From Histomonas meleagridis 2922-C6/04-290x (lineage: Eukaryota > Protista > Parabasalia), in contig JAANOX010000055.1 in the NCBI GenBank assembly GCA_020184695.1, forward strand, positions 124,001 through 188,000: a stretch of DNA of 64,000 nt, in the 5' to 3' direction. This document shows, in pieces, positions 36,072 through 48,700 of this stretch; the first letter of the stretch is position 1; every line of letters begins with the position of its first letter. The position numbers and the translations under genes were made by a program. The notes beneath the pieces are model-generated. The model ran no database searches. It had not been told where the DNA came from and saw nothing but the letters and a program-made list of their open reading frames with translations.

Positions 36072-37667
36072 ATGGAATATGTTTCAAGCTCATCTCAAGC
36101 TTCATATTTTTCATCTGAAACAGAATTCCAGAGTGCAAATGATCTTAGTACATCTGTTATTTCTAGGGTACAAGAAATAGAGAAATATCTTGAAGAAAAC
36201 AAAGAATTGCTAAAGACAGACGAATGTTTTCATGTTTTAAGTTCATTTTTTGATGTATTTAATATGCAGTTAAAAATCAATTTCGATCTTAAGGATAAGT
36301 TGATGAATAAATTTCAAAAATACCAACATGATCCAAAAGAAGTTAAAGAAACCCAAAATAAAATTAATGAATTTATACAAAAATTCAATACTGTTTCTAA
36401 GTCTACTCATAAAGATCTTAACTCAATCCGTGTTGAAATTGTTTCTGAATTAAAAAATTTTGCAAAATCAAAAGAAATAAAAAATGAGATTAAATCCCTT
36501 ATAAACGAAAACAACAAACTTCATGAAACCATTTGTAAGGAAAAAGAACAGTTGGATCATTTAGAAGGATCATATAAATCAGATGTTTCAAGAATCCAAA
36601 GAAAAATAAAAAACGCTAAAAATAAAATTCATAAACTTCAAAACTTAATGAATACTATTGAGCCAGATGTAAAATCAATGCAAGATGAAATAAAAACTAA
36701 AAAAGAAGCACGTGATCAATTCAAGAAAATTCTTCAACAACTACAATTTCTAATTGAACAAGAAAAGGAAAAATATGAAGAAATGCAAGAACAACAAACA
36801 AATGAAATAAATTTACTTAAAGAAAGACAAGAAAAACTTCTGATTAAGCGAAATAAACATCGTGATGAGGAAAAACCATTAATAAAAGCATTAAATGAAG
36901 CCCAAAATGAATTTAAAACAGTCGAACGAATGACAAAAAATGAAATTGCAATGTTAAATCGTGAAAAGGAAGAACTTCTTTTACGGATTCAAAATACAAT
37001 TTCAAAGACAAAAGAATATAAACAACAAAAAGAAATTCTTGAAAAAGAACTTAAAATAATTGAAAGCGATTTAACAAAAAGAAAAAACAACATAAATGAA
37101 CTACAACAAAATATCGAAGAAATTAAAGAAAACCTTGATGAAATTAATGAAGAAAAAGAAGAATATTTAACAGAAGCAGATGATATTTTTGAGCAGATAG
37201 AAATCCTTTCCGATGGCGTTCAACAATATCAAGAAGCCATTGAAGAAAAAAATAACGAAATAGAAAACATTCGAAAAACGAACAATTTGATTCAATCAAA
37301 AATTCGTGTTACCCAAAATAATATAAAAATTTTAGAAGAAGAAAATCAAAAATTACAAATTGAATATGATTTATTTATAGATAAACAAAATCAAAACAAA
37401 GTACATAATGAAAATATCCTGTCTAATTATGAAACATACAAATACACAATTGCATCTTTTAGAAAACTTCAGAAAAATTTCGGAATTCCAAAGGAAACAT
37501 CACCATACGAAACAGCTCAAACCATCATTCATGAAATAAAAAATAATGAAAGAAAAATAAAATCAAATAAAAAGCCAATGCCAAATTCATCTAAAGAAAT
37601 AGCACAAGATTTTCAATATTTAATCCATCAAATTGAAGATATGCGTTTACAACTTTCTTCTCTTTAG
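36072..37667 (+). CDS. Coiled-coil protein
   Basis: 531 aa, E/K/Q-rich heptads, no catalytic motif seen. Confidence 0.75.
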   Translation: MEYVSSSSQASYFSSETEFQSANDLSTSVISRVQEIEKYLEENKELLKTDECFHVLSSFFDVFNMQLKINFDLKDKLMNKFQKYQHDPKEVKETQNKINEFIQKFNTVSKSTHKDLNSIRVEIVSELKNFAKSKEIKNEIKSLINENNKLHETICKEKEQLDHLEGSYKSDVSRIQRKIKNAKNKIHKLQNLMNTIEPDVKSMQDEIKTKKEARDQFKKILQQLQFLIEQEKEKYEEMQEQQTNEINLLKERQEKLLIKRNKHRDEEKPLIKALNEAQNEFKTVERMTKNEIAMLNREKEELLLRIQNTISKTKEYKQQKEILEKELKIIESDLTKRKNNINELQQNIEEIKENLDEINEEKEEYLTEADDIFEQIEILSDGVQQYQEAIEEKNNEIENIRKTNNLIQSKIRVTQNNIKILEEENQKLQIEYDLFIDKQNQNKVHNENILSNYETYKYTIASFRKLQKNFGIPKETSPYETAQTIIHEIKNNERKIKSNKKPMPNSSKEIAQDFQYLIHQIEDMRLQLSSL

Positions 37668-37749
37668 TCAAATTCATTGTTATTAAAATATTTGTTATTT
37701 TTAAATTATTTTTTATTGTGCAATAATAAATATATTTGAGAGATATGCA

Positions 37750-38620
37750 TCAATTAAATGCATTTGATTTTATTGTCCTTATTCCCCTACCTAAAGTGAT
37801 CACTTAAATTTGTATAGCATTGGAATGCGGCATATTTAATTATAATTTGGAATTTTTTGGTTCATATTTACACCTTTAAGATTTATACATTCAAAAAAAT
37901 GCATAGGCACAAATCATCCCAATGGTTGATGGAAAAGTATATTGTTCATTTTCTTTTCCTGCAGGAAAATGTATTATTTTGTTAATATCTTTTTCATATA
38001 AAATTCCATCATTTTTGTAATTTGAGTAATTTAAATTTTTTTTCACTAACTTGAATAAATGTTAATATTTACATCCAAGAAATACGGTATTATCAATTTT
38101 TTTTAGTTAGTCTCCAATTATTATCTTTTTTAGACTTTCACAATTTCAGAATAGATGACTTCCAATTCTTGTGATTGAATTTGAGAGTTCAACTACTATC
38201 AAAGCTGTACATCCTGAAAAAACAAAGTCATCAATTAATTTTGCATTATTTCCATTTGAAGTTTTATTTGATGCAATCTGTAAATGCATTTTTTATTTCT
38301 ATTACAGAATTTGGAATTATTATTTCTTCAATTGATCTGCAATTATATAAAGAAGCTTTATCAATTATTCTATTTTATCACCAAGATCAACATATCTAAG
38401 AGATGAACATGAATAAAATATACCTTTCCCGATAGTTATTGTTGAAAAAAATATGACAAAAGTAATCAAAACGATGCAGACTGTAAAAGTATTATCTGTG
38501 ATTGTTTTGAAATTTCTTCCTAAATGTATAGTTTCCAAACTAAAACAGCCTTAAAATGTATTATCTTCTGTTGTTATTGTATGATCCCAAATTGTGATAT
38601 TATTTAATGAATGTTTAAAC
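37750..38620 (-). pseudogene. Degraded BspA-like LRR gene fragment
   Basis: Hand translation across stops and frameshifts: DNTF*GCFSLETIHLG, LYNCRSIEEIIIPNSVIEI, FVFSGCTALIVVELSNSITRIG, NDGILYEKDINKIIHFPAGKENEQYTFPST. The last segment is homologous to the NDGVFYDK..YPLGKPDETY insert of copies A/B. Ends approximate. Confidence 0.75.
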
Positions 38621-39149
38621 AAATCATAATTTATGTTATATTTTATCAAATATTTAAAATCATTTTATAAGCTATGTTTATACATTAAAAATTTTAATTC
38701 ATGCCCATATTTTTAAGCGAATTACGATACTCTGATTCATTACAAACAAATTTCTTCATGTCACAATATAATAAAAAAAGCTATTACATTGAATGTTCGT
38801 TAAGTACTTTACTATGTTTCCGTTGGATTTCTTCTTAATTTATAGAAAGATTAAATTCACTTTCTTTAAGAAGTAAATTAATCACAGTTTTATATGTCAA
38901 CAAACCTTTCTTATTCAAAACTACTAATGGAATTTCTAAATTTATTTTATAATATTAATAGAAAATGAAATTACTTATAATATAAATTACGCAGCGATTA
39001 AATATTATTCCACAGTAATTCATAGGGCATAGTGAAATTTGGAATTACAGTGATCCAGAGTTATGCGAAACCATGTTGAATTTGTTGTAGGAAACTCGAA
39101 TCTTGACATGTTGCTTAAATTTCAGTAGGTTTAGTTTCATTAACTGATA

Positions 39150-42100
39150 AATAGATACTTCAATAATTTTTAATTATTTTTATCATTAGAACAGAATTTT
39201 TATTACGTTTATTATTTACTTACGAAATTATTTATTTATTAATTTGTTTATTTGTTTGTTTCGACAACGATTTGCAAAAATTCACTTTTTGCTGTATTTT
39301 ATTATATTTATGAATTATTGAATTTAATTTGATTTGATTTAATTCCCCTTTTTGACTAAATCGCGATGTTGGGCGATCGCGTTGTGTTTGGCGTGATGAT
39401 GGACGCAATTGCACATTACTTCGCGATGGAGGTCGAAAATCTGTTTGCTGCGCATTCGGACGCATCCCGCGCGGCGTTGTTCCATAGTTTCCGCTGTCGT
39501 TGCCCAGCAGCCCTGCGCCGGGGCCGTAGCGACGCCCAACTTGAACTGACATACGACGCCCGCTGACAGAAACGGAACTTCGCTGCGGTCGAATAAATGC
39601 GCTCGAAATTTGCTGTTGTTGTTGTTGAATTTGTTGTTGTTGTGGCGTTGCATTCGCTGTTTGTTGTTGCGGCGATTGCGATGACGTTTGCGGAGATGAA
39701 AGCGATTCTTGAAGAGGATTATAGCGGCGATTGATTTGAACTGACATCCGGCGCATGCGCGGAGCAGAACTTTTCGGAAGTTGTCGTGCTACTGCATTAA
39801 CATTAGAATTAACATTAACATTAGCATTCGCATTAGTTGTGTTGTCTGAGATTTCGCGATGAACTGTACGAAGTGGCGTTTGGCGATTGCCAATGTTCGG
39901 AAATTCTTCGGGAGCATTATCGTTATCGTTGGAAACATTGTTGCGTCGAATCAGCGTCGAACGTGGCGAAAAGCTGCCGCCGCGCGGACTGAGGCGTTGC
40001 GCAGAAACTGGGCGAAATGCTGGAAAACTTTCAAGATTCGGATCGTCGCCGTTTTGCATATTAACTTCTGAATTAGTATTTAATGGACTTTCACTGTTAT
40101 TATTATTATTCGATGATTCTTCAACAAAATTGCTCTTGAAGCGTGGAAAACTCATTTTGCGACTTCCTGATTCAAATGAAAGACGCGGACGCGCCCCATT
40201 CGTCGGCTGTTCAGTTTCTTTGTTGCTGGGCTCTTCATTCATGTCAATGTCAAGCGGTGGTGGCGCTTTGCCACTGTAATCAGAAATAGTTTTGACACCG
40301 TCCTCACCAATGTAATTAATCGCTGCCATTCGATTCGGTGATAACTTTTCAATAGAAATAGTTGTCGATGAGACATTTTTGATGCTCACTGACTGACTCC
40401 GCTTCTTACGCGTCTTACGATCATGCGCAGCAGTCGATGATTGACGACGCGGACGTGCGGTGGGAGTAAGATCTTCTGAATTAGAACGCGTGCGAGATCC
40501 ATCCGTAGAAAGTGGCTGACGTGACCCAATCGATAATGGGGCAACTGGCGTTTTGGTTTAAGCGGAACATATGTGGCCTTGTGCGAAATGGTCGTGTGAC
40601 AGCAGTTTTTGATTTAAGACATTACTCCATTGATTTTTGTTCAAACATTTGTTCATCTTGTGAATTATTACGATTAATTGTAATACCTTCATTCCAATTA
40701 GATGATAAAAACGCAATGTATAAAACGTATTAAGTGGCTGTTTGCTGTGATATTCAATACCACCATAAACAATAATTTCTTGATTTGATAAAATACCTCC
40801 ACTCGCATATCGAATCGATGGTGGAAAATTACCAATGTCATCAAGATAATGAACTTGAAATGTATTCAAATCAATAATAAATGTAGGAGTTTCTGGAATA
40901 TCTGATTCACCACCAATAATAATCATCGCATTGTTAATTAAAAAAATGATAAATGCGATTTACGCCCAACTAATTTCTCGCGTTCACTGTTCTTTGGTTC
41001 ATTTAACATCTCTTTCTTCCATGTGTTACTTTCAAAGTCATATGACCAAATGTCTAAAATATATCCTTTGGCGCCTTTGCCTCCACAAAAATATACATTT
41101 TATGATTATAAACAACTGCACTGTGATCAAAACGTGATTCTGGTTTAACATTAGAATTGTTAGGAATAACTTCAAAACTTTTATTATTCGGATCTAAGAC
41201 AATTAATTCAGATGAAATACCATTTTGTTTAGATTTACCTCCAAAAAAATATAAAGTTTATCTTTATAATTAACACATGAATGACCATAACGATAAAATT
41301 GTGTACGAATAGAAAATTGATGCCATTTTTGCGTCTGAATGTTATATTGCATAATTTCTGGTGATTCTTTGTTACCAATAAGTCCTCCAATCAAATAAAA
41401 ACTTCCATTTAAATATGAAAATGTATGACGTCGTCGTCCCATAATTCCACTTTCCATGGTAGTCATCTCTGATAATGGATAATCACGTAAAAGTGTTTGA
41501 TGATATGTAGCAAAATCAGAAAATACTAATCGTTGTGATGTAGAAATTCCTCCATTAAATATAATCGATTCACCATTACTAACAGATGCATGTTGACAAA
41601 TAGATGGAATGGAATCAGTAATAGAATTAAGTGTCCAAATAATATATTTGTTCTTCTCATTCTTATTAGAATATTCTTCTAATAAATTTGTAATATGATC
41701 AGTAAATTGTGACTTCTCTTCAAATTTATTAAAAATTAATTCGATATTCAATACGTTCAAATCGATCTTTCTCGCGAATAATAGTTGGAACAATTAATGA
41801 ATGAAAATCTCCAACAATTGGTAAATAATGAAAAATAGAAATATCAGATAATAAAATTAATTTCGCATGTTTAACACGATCAACATAAACAAATATAATA
41901 TCATTACATAAACATAAATATGATGTAACTGTCTTCTTATTATCATATAAACTAATTTCAACATGCATAATAATTTGTCGATTAGGTTCCGCTAAGCGAA
42001 GTCGATATTTCTTTAATTTATCTTGAATCTTCTTCAATACTGATTGTTGACGAACATTATTAGTCGCAATATCTGCTTCTTTATTAATTTTGGTAAATAT

Positions 42101-43248
42101 TTCTTCTGCTATAGGTAATAATATAGAATCTGGATGTGTTTGTGGCGTAATTTTAATTAATTCTTTAATAAATAATAAATAACGTGGAAGCCGTTGAATT
42201 GGTGTAATTAAAAAAGATAAAATCTCACGGCCAGCTGTCATTTGTTGTGATTCAAATAATGTTGATGCAAACGTTCGATTTTTGTTTCTTGTTTTTCTAA
42301 CATTTCATTAATTAATGGATACATAGAAATATAATGAACTGATTTCTCTATTAAACTATAATTCTCTAAAAAAAAGACAGACGTTAATCCACTATATTCT
42401 TCTTTCTCAATAATAGTATATCGATCATAAAATTTGTTTTGATTATCTAAAATTTGTGGAATATCTTTAAATATATTATTATGTTCACTTTCTGTTAATA
42501 AATTTTTGTTCTTCATTTGTTTGGACCAAAAATCATTGATTTGTGTTAAATCATAAAGATATTGTTTCTCTGTTTCTAATATTTCATGAATAAGATTACT
42601 TCGATGTTGAATTTTATTTAACCCATTTTTTCATTAAATTCAACTTCTAAAAAAATTTCTGGATATTCATTAAAATCAAGTTTAAGATGTTCTTCTTTCT
42701 TTTGAACTTTGTTCTTAATAAATACTTGTTTAACATTACCTGAACCATTCAATTGTTCATCAATTCGTTCAATAAATGTTTGTATAGTTAGACTTGAAAG
42801 TTCTGTAACTTTAAATTCAATAATTATTTTAGGAATTTGATGTTTACTATTGTGTTTGATATTTAAATATAAATAAATGGTTTCAGGACTGATTTTATTC
42901 GACTGAAAAAGATAATAATCTGGGCGTCGATATTTACTAGGTTTTTTATCTAACGCTAATTTAGGATAAGTCTTCAATGGAACTTCATGACCTGGCATAG
43001 AAATCATAAAGTTTGGTGTAGATATAAAAAGTGGACTTTCGTTTTGTAAAAAGTCGTGATGTAATACGTCGGACTGATGCTGTCTTAATCTTGGATTCTT
43101 CAATGGTCTTATTAGGACCATTGTCTGTACAAATACAAACATATTTAGCTCCATCCATTTGAAGATAACCTAATGAACGAATAAATTTAATTCAATTTTT
43201 TTGAACATGTTGATCACAAATAAATATTTCAATTTTATTCTATCGTGA
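39150..43248 (-). repeat. Left arm of ~4.1-kb inverted duplication (pairs with 45780-49837)
   Basis: Reverse-complement identity from GTATCTATT (39150/49837) to TCACGATAG (43248/45780). Confidence 0.95.
39339..43158 (-). CDS. RhoGEF (DH-PH) + kelch-repeat protein with low-complexity tail, copy 1 (frameshifted in this consensus)
   Basis: DH motifs EILETEKQYL and TPIQRLPRYLL; kelch GG/HS repeats; R/S/N/Q-rich tail. Split over several ORFs by 1-nt indels. Confidence 0.8.
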
Positions 43249-43371
43249 TCTCAAACAAAAAGTTAAATATCGTGACGGTTTTTATAAAAAGTGAAATGTC
43301 ATATTCGAGTTTTCACAAGATAAAAAAAAATATAAATACAACAAATAAATTTTTTTTACAAACATATTCAA

Positions 43372-45519
43372 TTACATAAAAGGAACTTTATCTATTAGAT
43401 TTAACTCAGATAAATAATTAAACATACCTCTCAAACTTGACAAAGATAACTCATCAAAATCTCCAAGTGAAACATATTTTGTACTACAAAACGTTTCGAT
43501 ATATTCCAAACAAGAGTATGCGTGACTCAGGTTTGCATAGATGAACACAGCCGTAAACACTGGTGTAATTTGATCTGCGCCAATATCACCAGAAAGTTCA
43601 AACGACACAATATGAGAAATTTTATTTGAACATTGCATCAGATACTCGAACTTATCCAGTGGTGTGTTGTCTTCGTCCATTTTCTTCATAATACTTATCG
43701 CAGATTGAAGAAGTTTTGCATCATTTTCAAAAAACGCATGCATCCATGGCTCAAACAAACCATCGATAATTCTCTTTTTATTATCTTTTATAGCATTATA
43801 ACATTGCGAATCGATTTTTTTAGATTTTTGTGATTGAACAAGTTTCATTGGTATTTTTTCCATTATTAAATTATGTAAAACTCTTGGATTAATGAGAAAG
43901 TTCATTTTTTGCAACTTGAAAAAACTACTACACTTTCGATATATACCATTAAAAAATGTACCGAAATTTTCTGACGATGAATAATTCTCTTTTTGTATAT
44001 AAGTTAAAACATTTTTCTCGTTAATCCATTTTTTAATAATTGTATATTGGAACAAATCGTAAAAATTCGAAATGCTATCCAAAAATATAACATTTAAATT
44101 CTCAAATCGATTTAATTCTGAATTATATGAAGAAATTTTCGTGAGAAGTTCAATTCTATTTTTTTCTCTTTCGTGAAATTTCCTTTTAATTAAGTTAAGG
44201 CATGTTAGAAAGTCCCATTCTTTCCCAGAACGATTTTGCGCCTTTATAAGATTATCGATACGAATTTCCAAATATAATTTATTACTTTCATTTACAAGAT
44301 GAATTTGGTTCCGTAAAAGTTCAATGATTTGTGGATTTTCTTGTTCATTAGCAGAAGATGGAATTAATGGAATGTTTGCAAGTAAAGTCCGAAGTTCTAA
44401 TTCAATAACTTCTTCTTCTTCAACAGGACTTTGCGTAAATTCTTCTTTTTCATTTAACTCAACACTATATAATATAAATTTCTTTGACTTTTCCATGTAT
44501 GGTAATTTGACTTCTTGAAATGGACATTTTGGCCATGTTTGAAGTGCAATTTCGGAAAGTTTGCAGATAACTTTTAAGTCATTTTTGGAAAAAAATAACG
44601 TTTGAAAGATCGATTGAGAAATGGTCATTAACATTTCGGACGAGTTAAGCGCAGTGCCATTTTTCATGTTTAAGATTGATTGACAGAGACTTAATGAATT
44701 TTTCCCAATTGATGAAAGAAGAATTTCTAATGTATCCGTTTGAACATTAGAATTATATGGAATTATCGAATATAACTTTGGCGATGTAAATGTTGGAATA
44801 ATGAATGATGTGACAAGAAACTCAGAGGGATTCTTTGCGGCACTTAAAACTTGCTTTATAATTCGTGGACAATACTCAATGCATTTTTCCCAATTAGCTA
44901 TAAATTGCTCTTTAAAAGAATCAATTTGAGGGATTTCCAGTTGGCCTAAACTTGGCTCTATTTTGGAAGTAACTTTTTTGAGAAAAAGAATAAAGTCAGG
45001 TAAGACAAATAGGATTCGCGAAAAAAGTGCTGCCTTCTGTTCGTCAATCTGTATGCAATATTCAAGAAACTTACAAAATAGATCAGCAGAATTTTGGCAC
45101 CAAATTGTCTTGAAAAAACTAGGGAGCGTAGAAAATGTAAAAAAATCAATTAAATAAGGATCTAATTGTAAACATATGCTAGAAAATTCCTTGAGATGCT
45201 TCAAGCAATCATTGGTCATTTTAGAAAAGTCAGAATTGGAATCAAATTGACTTGTTTCAATTAATGGAGTTTTAATTTCATCTAATATACTAAGTGCTGA
45301 AAAAATTGCTTTGTTTGTTTGTTTGAAATTTTGGTTGCATGATTGGAAAAAGAAAAGAAAAGACAATTTTTGGTAATAAAGGTATCTGGAATAATTCTCG
45401 TTTAATTGGTGATACGCTGACGGTATTTGCTTGGAACCATATCTTTCGAAAATTGCCTCGCGTTTTATTAATTGTTGATATTTTTGTAATTCAAATATTG
45501 GTGTTTTGGTTGTATCCAT
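43372..45519 (-). CDS. VPS9-domain (Rab5 GEF-like) protein
   Basis: Intact 715 aa; C-terminal IGADQITPVFTAVFIYANLSHAYSCLEYIETF. Confidence 0.75.
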   Translation of the reverse strand: MDTTKTPIFELQKYQQLIKREAIFERYGSKQIPSAYHQLNENYSRYLYYQKLSFLFFFQSCNQNFKQTNKAIFSALSILDEIKTPLIETSQFDSNSDFSKMTNDCLKHLKEFSSICLQLDPYLIDFFTFSTLPSFFKTIWCQNSADLFCKFLEYCIQIDEQKAALFSRILFVLPDFILFLKKVTSKIEPSLGQLEIPQIDSFKEQFIANWEKCIEYCPRIIKQVLSAAKNPSEFLVTSFIIPTFTSPKLYSIIPYNSNVQTDTLEILLSSIGKNSLSLCQSILNMKNGTALNSSEMLMTISQSIFQTLFFSKNDLKVICKLSEIALQTWPKCPFQEVKLPYMEKSKKFILYSVELNEKEEFTQSPVEEEEVIELELRTLLANIPLIPSSANEQENPQIIELLRNQIHLVNESNKLYLEIRIDNLIKAQNRSGKEWDFLTCLNLIKRKFHEREKNRIELLTKISSYNSELNRFENLNVIFLDSISNFYDLFQYTIIKKWINEKNVLTYIQKENYSSSENFGTFFNGIYRKCSSFFKLQKMNFLINPRVLHNLIMEKIPMKLVQSQKSKKIDSQCYNAIKDNKKRIIDGLFEPWMHAFFENDAKLLQSAISIMKKMDEDNTPLDKFEYLMQCSNKISHIVSFELSGDIGADQITPVFTAVFIYANLSHAYSCLEYIETFCSTKYVSLGDFDELSLSSLRGMFNYLSELNLIDKVPFM

Positions 45520-45779
45520 TCCCTAAACGGATCAGTTTTTTGCACATATGTAAAACATTCAATTCATAACAAAAGTTATAACGGCCAATTCTACAGATGT
45601 AATCAGATTTTCAAAAAATAGAAGGTTTTGTTGAATTAATCGTAAGTTTTCCAATATCATAAATTGCTTATTGAAGATCTCAGATAAAATTTTTTATAAC
45701 TAACTCTCTGATAATAAACAAATAAACAAGTTTGAATAAAGTGATGTAAAAAACGATTTGACACTAAGTGAAAAAACAG

Positions 45780-48700
45780 TCACGATAGAATAAAATTGAA
45801 ATATTTATTTGTGATCAACATGTTCAAAAAAATTGAATTAAATTTATTCGTTCATTAGGTTATCTTCAAATGGATGGAGCTAAATATGTTTGTATTTGTA
45901 CAGACAATGGTCCTAATAAGACCATTGAAGAATCCAAGATTAAGACAGCATCAGTCCGACGTATTACATCACGACTTTTACAAAACGAAAGTCCACTTTT
46001 TATATCTACACCAAACTTTATGATTTCTATGCCAGGTCATGAAGTTCCATTGAAGACTTATCCTAAATTAGCGTTAGATAAAAAACCTAGTAAATATCGA
46101 CGCCCAGATTATTATCTTTTTCAGTCAGAATAAAATCAGTCCTGAAACCATTTTATTTATATTTAAATATCAAACACAATAGTAAACATCAAATTCCTAA
46201 AATAATTATTGAATTTAAAGTTACAGAACTTTCAAGTCTAACTATACAAACATTTATTGAACGAATTGATGAACAATTGAATGGTTCAGGTAATGTTAAA
46301 CAAGTATTTATTAAGAACAAAGTTCAAAAGAAAGAAGAACATCTTAAACTTGATTTTAATGAATATCCAGAAATTTTTTTAGAAGTTGAATTTAATGAAA
46401 ATGGGTTAAATAAAATTCAACATCGAAGTAATCTTATTCATGAAATATTAGAAACAGAGAAACAATATCTTTATGATTTAACACAAATCAATGATTTTTG
46501 GTCCAAACAAATGAAGAACAAAAATTTATTAACAGAAAGTGAACATAATAATATATTTAAAGATATTCCACAAATTTTTAGATAATCAAAACAAATTTTA
46601 TGATCGATATACTATTATTGAGAAAGAAGAATATAGTGGATTAACGTCTGTCTTTTTTTTAGAGAATTATAGTTTAATAGAGAAATCAGTTCATTATATT
46701 TCTATGTATCCATTAATTAATGAAATGTTAGAAAACAAGAAACAAAATCGAACGTTTGCATCAACATTATTTGAATTACAACAAATGACAGATGGCCGTG
46801 ATATTTTATCATTTTTAATTACACCAATTCAACGGCTTCCACGTTATTTATTATTTATTAAAGAATTAATTAAAATTACGCCACAAACACATCCAGATTC
46901 TATATTATTACCTATAGCAGAAGAAATATTTACCAAAATTAATAAAGAAGCAGATATTGCGACTAATAATGTTCGTCAACAATCAGTATTGAAGAAGATT
47001 CAAGATAAATTAAAGAAATATCGACTTCGCTTAGCGGAACCTAATCGACAAATTATTATGCATGTGAAGAAGACAGTTACATCATATTTATGTTTATGTA
47101 ATGATATTATATTTGTTTATGTTGATCGTGTTAAACATGCGAAATTAATTTTATTATCTGATATTTCTATTTTTCATTATTTACCAATTGTTGGAGATTT
47201 TCATTCATTAATTGTTCCAACTATTATTCGCGAGAAAGATCGATTTGAACGTATTGAATATCGAATTAATTTTAATAAATTTGAAGAGAAGTCACAATTT
47301 ACTGATCATATTACAAATTTATTAGAAGAATATTCTAATAAGAATGAGAAGAACAAATATATTATTTGGACACTTAATTCTATTACTGATTCCATTCCAT
47401 CTATTTGTCAACATGCATCTGTTAGTAATGGTGAATCGATTATATTTAATGGAGGAATTTCTACATCACAACGATTAGTATTTTCTGATTTTGCTACATA
47501 TCATCAAACACTTTTACGTGATTATCCATTATCAGAGATGACTACCATGGAAAGTGGAATTATGGGACGACGACGTCATACATTTTCATATTTAAATGGA
47601 AGTTTTTATTTGATTGGAGGACTTATTGGTAACAAAGAATCACCAGAAATTATGCAATATAACATTCAGACGCAAAAATGGCATCAATTTTCTATTCGTA
47701 CACAATTTTATCGTTATGGTCATTCATGTGTTAATTATAAAGATAAACTTTATATTTTTGGAGGTAAATCTAAACAAAATGGTATTTCATCTGAATTAAT
47801 TGTCTTAGATCCGAATAATAAAAGTTTTGAAGTTATTCCTAACAATTCTAATGTTAAACCAGAATCACGTTTTGATCACAGTGCAGTTGTTTATAATCAT
47901 AAAATGTATATTTTTGGAGGCAAAGGCGCCAAAGGATATATTTTAGACATTTGGTCATATGACTTTGAAAGTAACACATGGAAGAAAGAGATGTTAAATG
48001 AACCAAAGAACAGTGAACGCGAGAAATTAGTTGGGCGTAAATCGCATTTATCATTTTTAATTAACAATGCGATGATTATTATTGGTGGTGAATCAGATAT
48101 TCCAGAAACTCCTACATTTATTATTGATTTGAATACATTTCAAGTTCATTATCTTGATGACATTGGTAATTTTCCACCATCGATTCGATATGCGAGTGGA
48201 GGTATTTTATCAAATCAAGAAATTATTGTTTATGGTGGTATTGAATATCACAGCAAACAGCCACTTAATACGTTTTATACATTACGTTTATCATCTAATT
48301 GGAATGAAGGTATTACAATTAATCGTAATAATTCACAAGATGAACAAATGTTTGAACAAAATCAATGGAGTAATGTCTTAAATCAAAACTGCTGTCACAC
48401 GACCATTTCGCACAAGGCCACATATGTTCCGCTTAAATCCAAAACGCCAGTTGCCCCATTATCGATTGGGTCACGTCAGCCACTTTCTACGGATGGATCT
48501 CGCACGCGTTCTAATTCAGAAGATCTTACTCCCACCGCACGTCCGCGTCGTCAATCATCGACTGCTGCGCATGATCGTAAGACGCGTAAGAAGCGGAGTC
48601 AGTCAGTGAGCATCAAAAATGTCTCATCGACAACTATTTCTATTGAAAAGTTATCACCGAATCGAATGGCAGCGATTAATTACATTGGTGAGGACGGTGT

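Noticed and set aside
39360-40560. GC-rich island suggesting horizontal transfer (also 48460-49640)
   Set aside because: It is the R/P/S/A-rich disordered tail of the RhoGEF-kelch gene, continuous with AT-rich domains.
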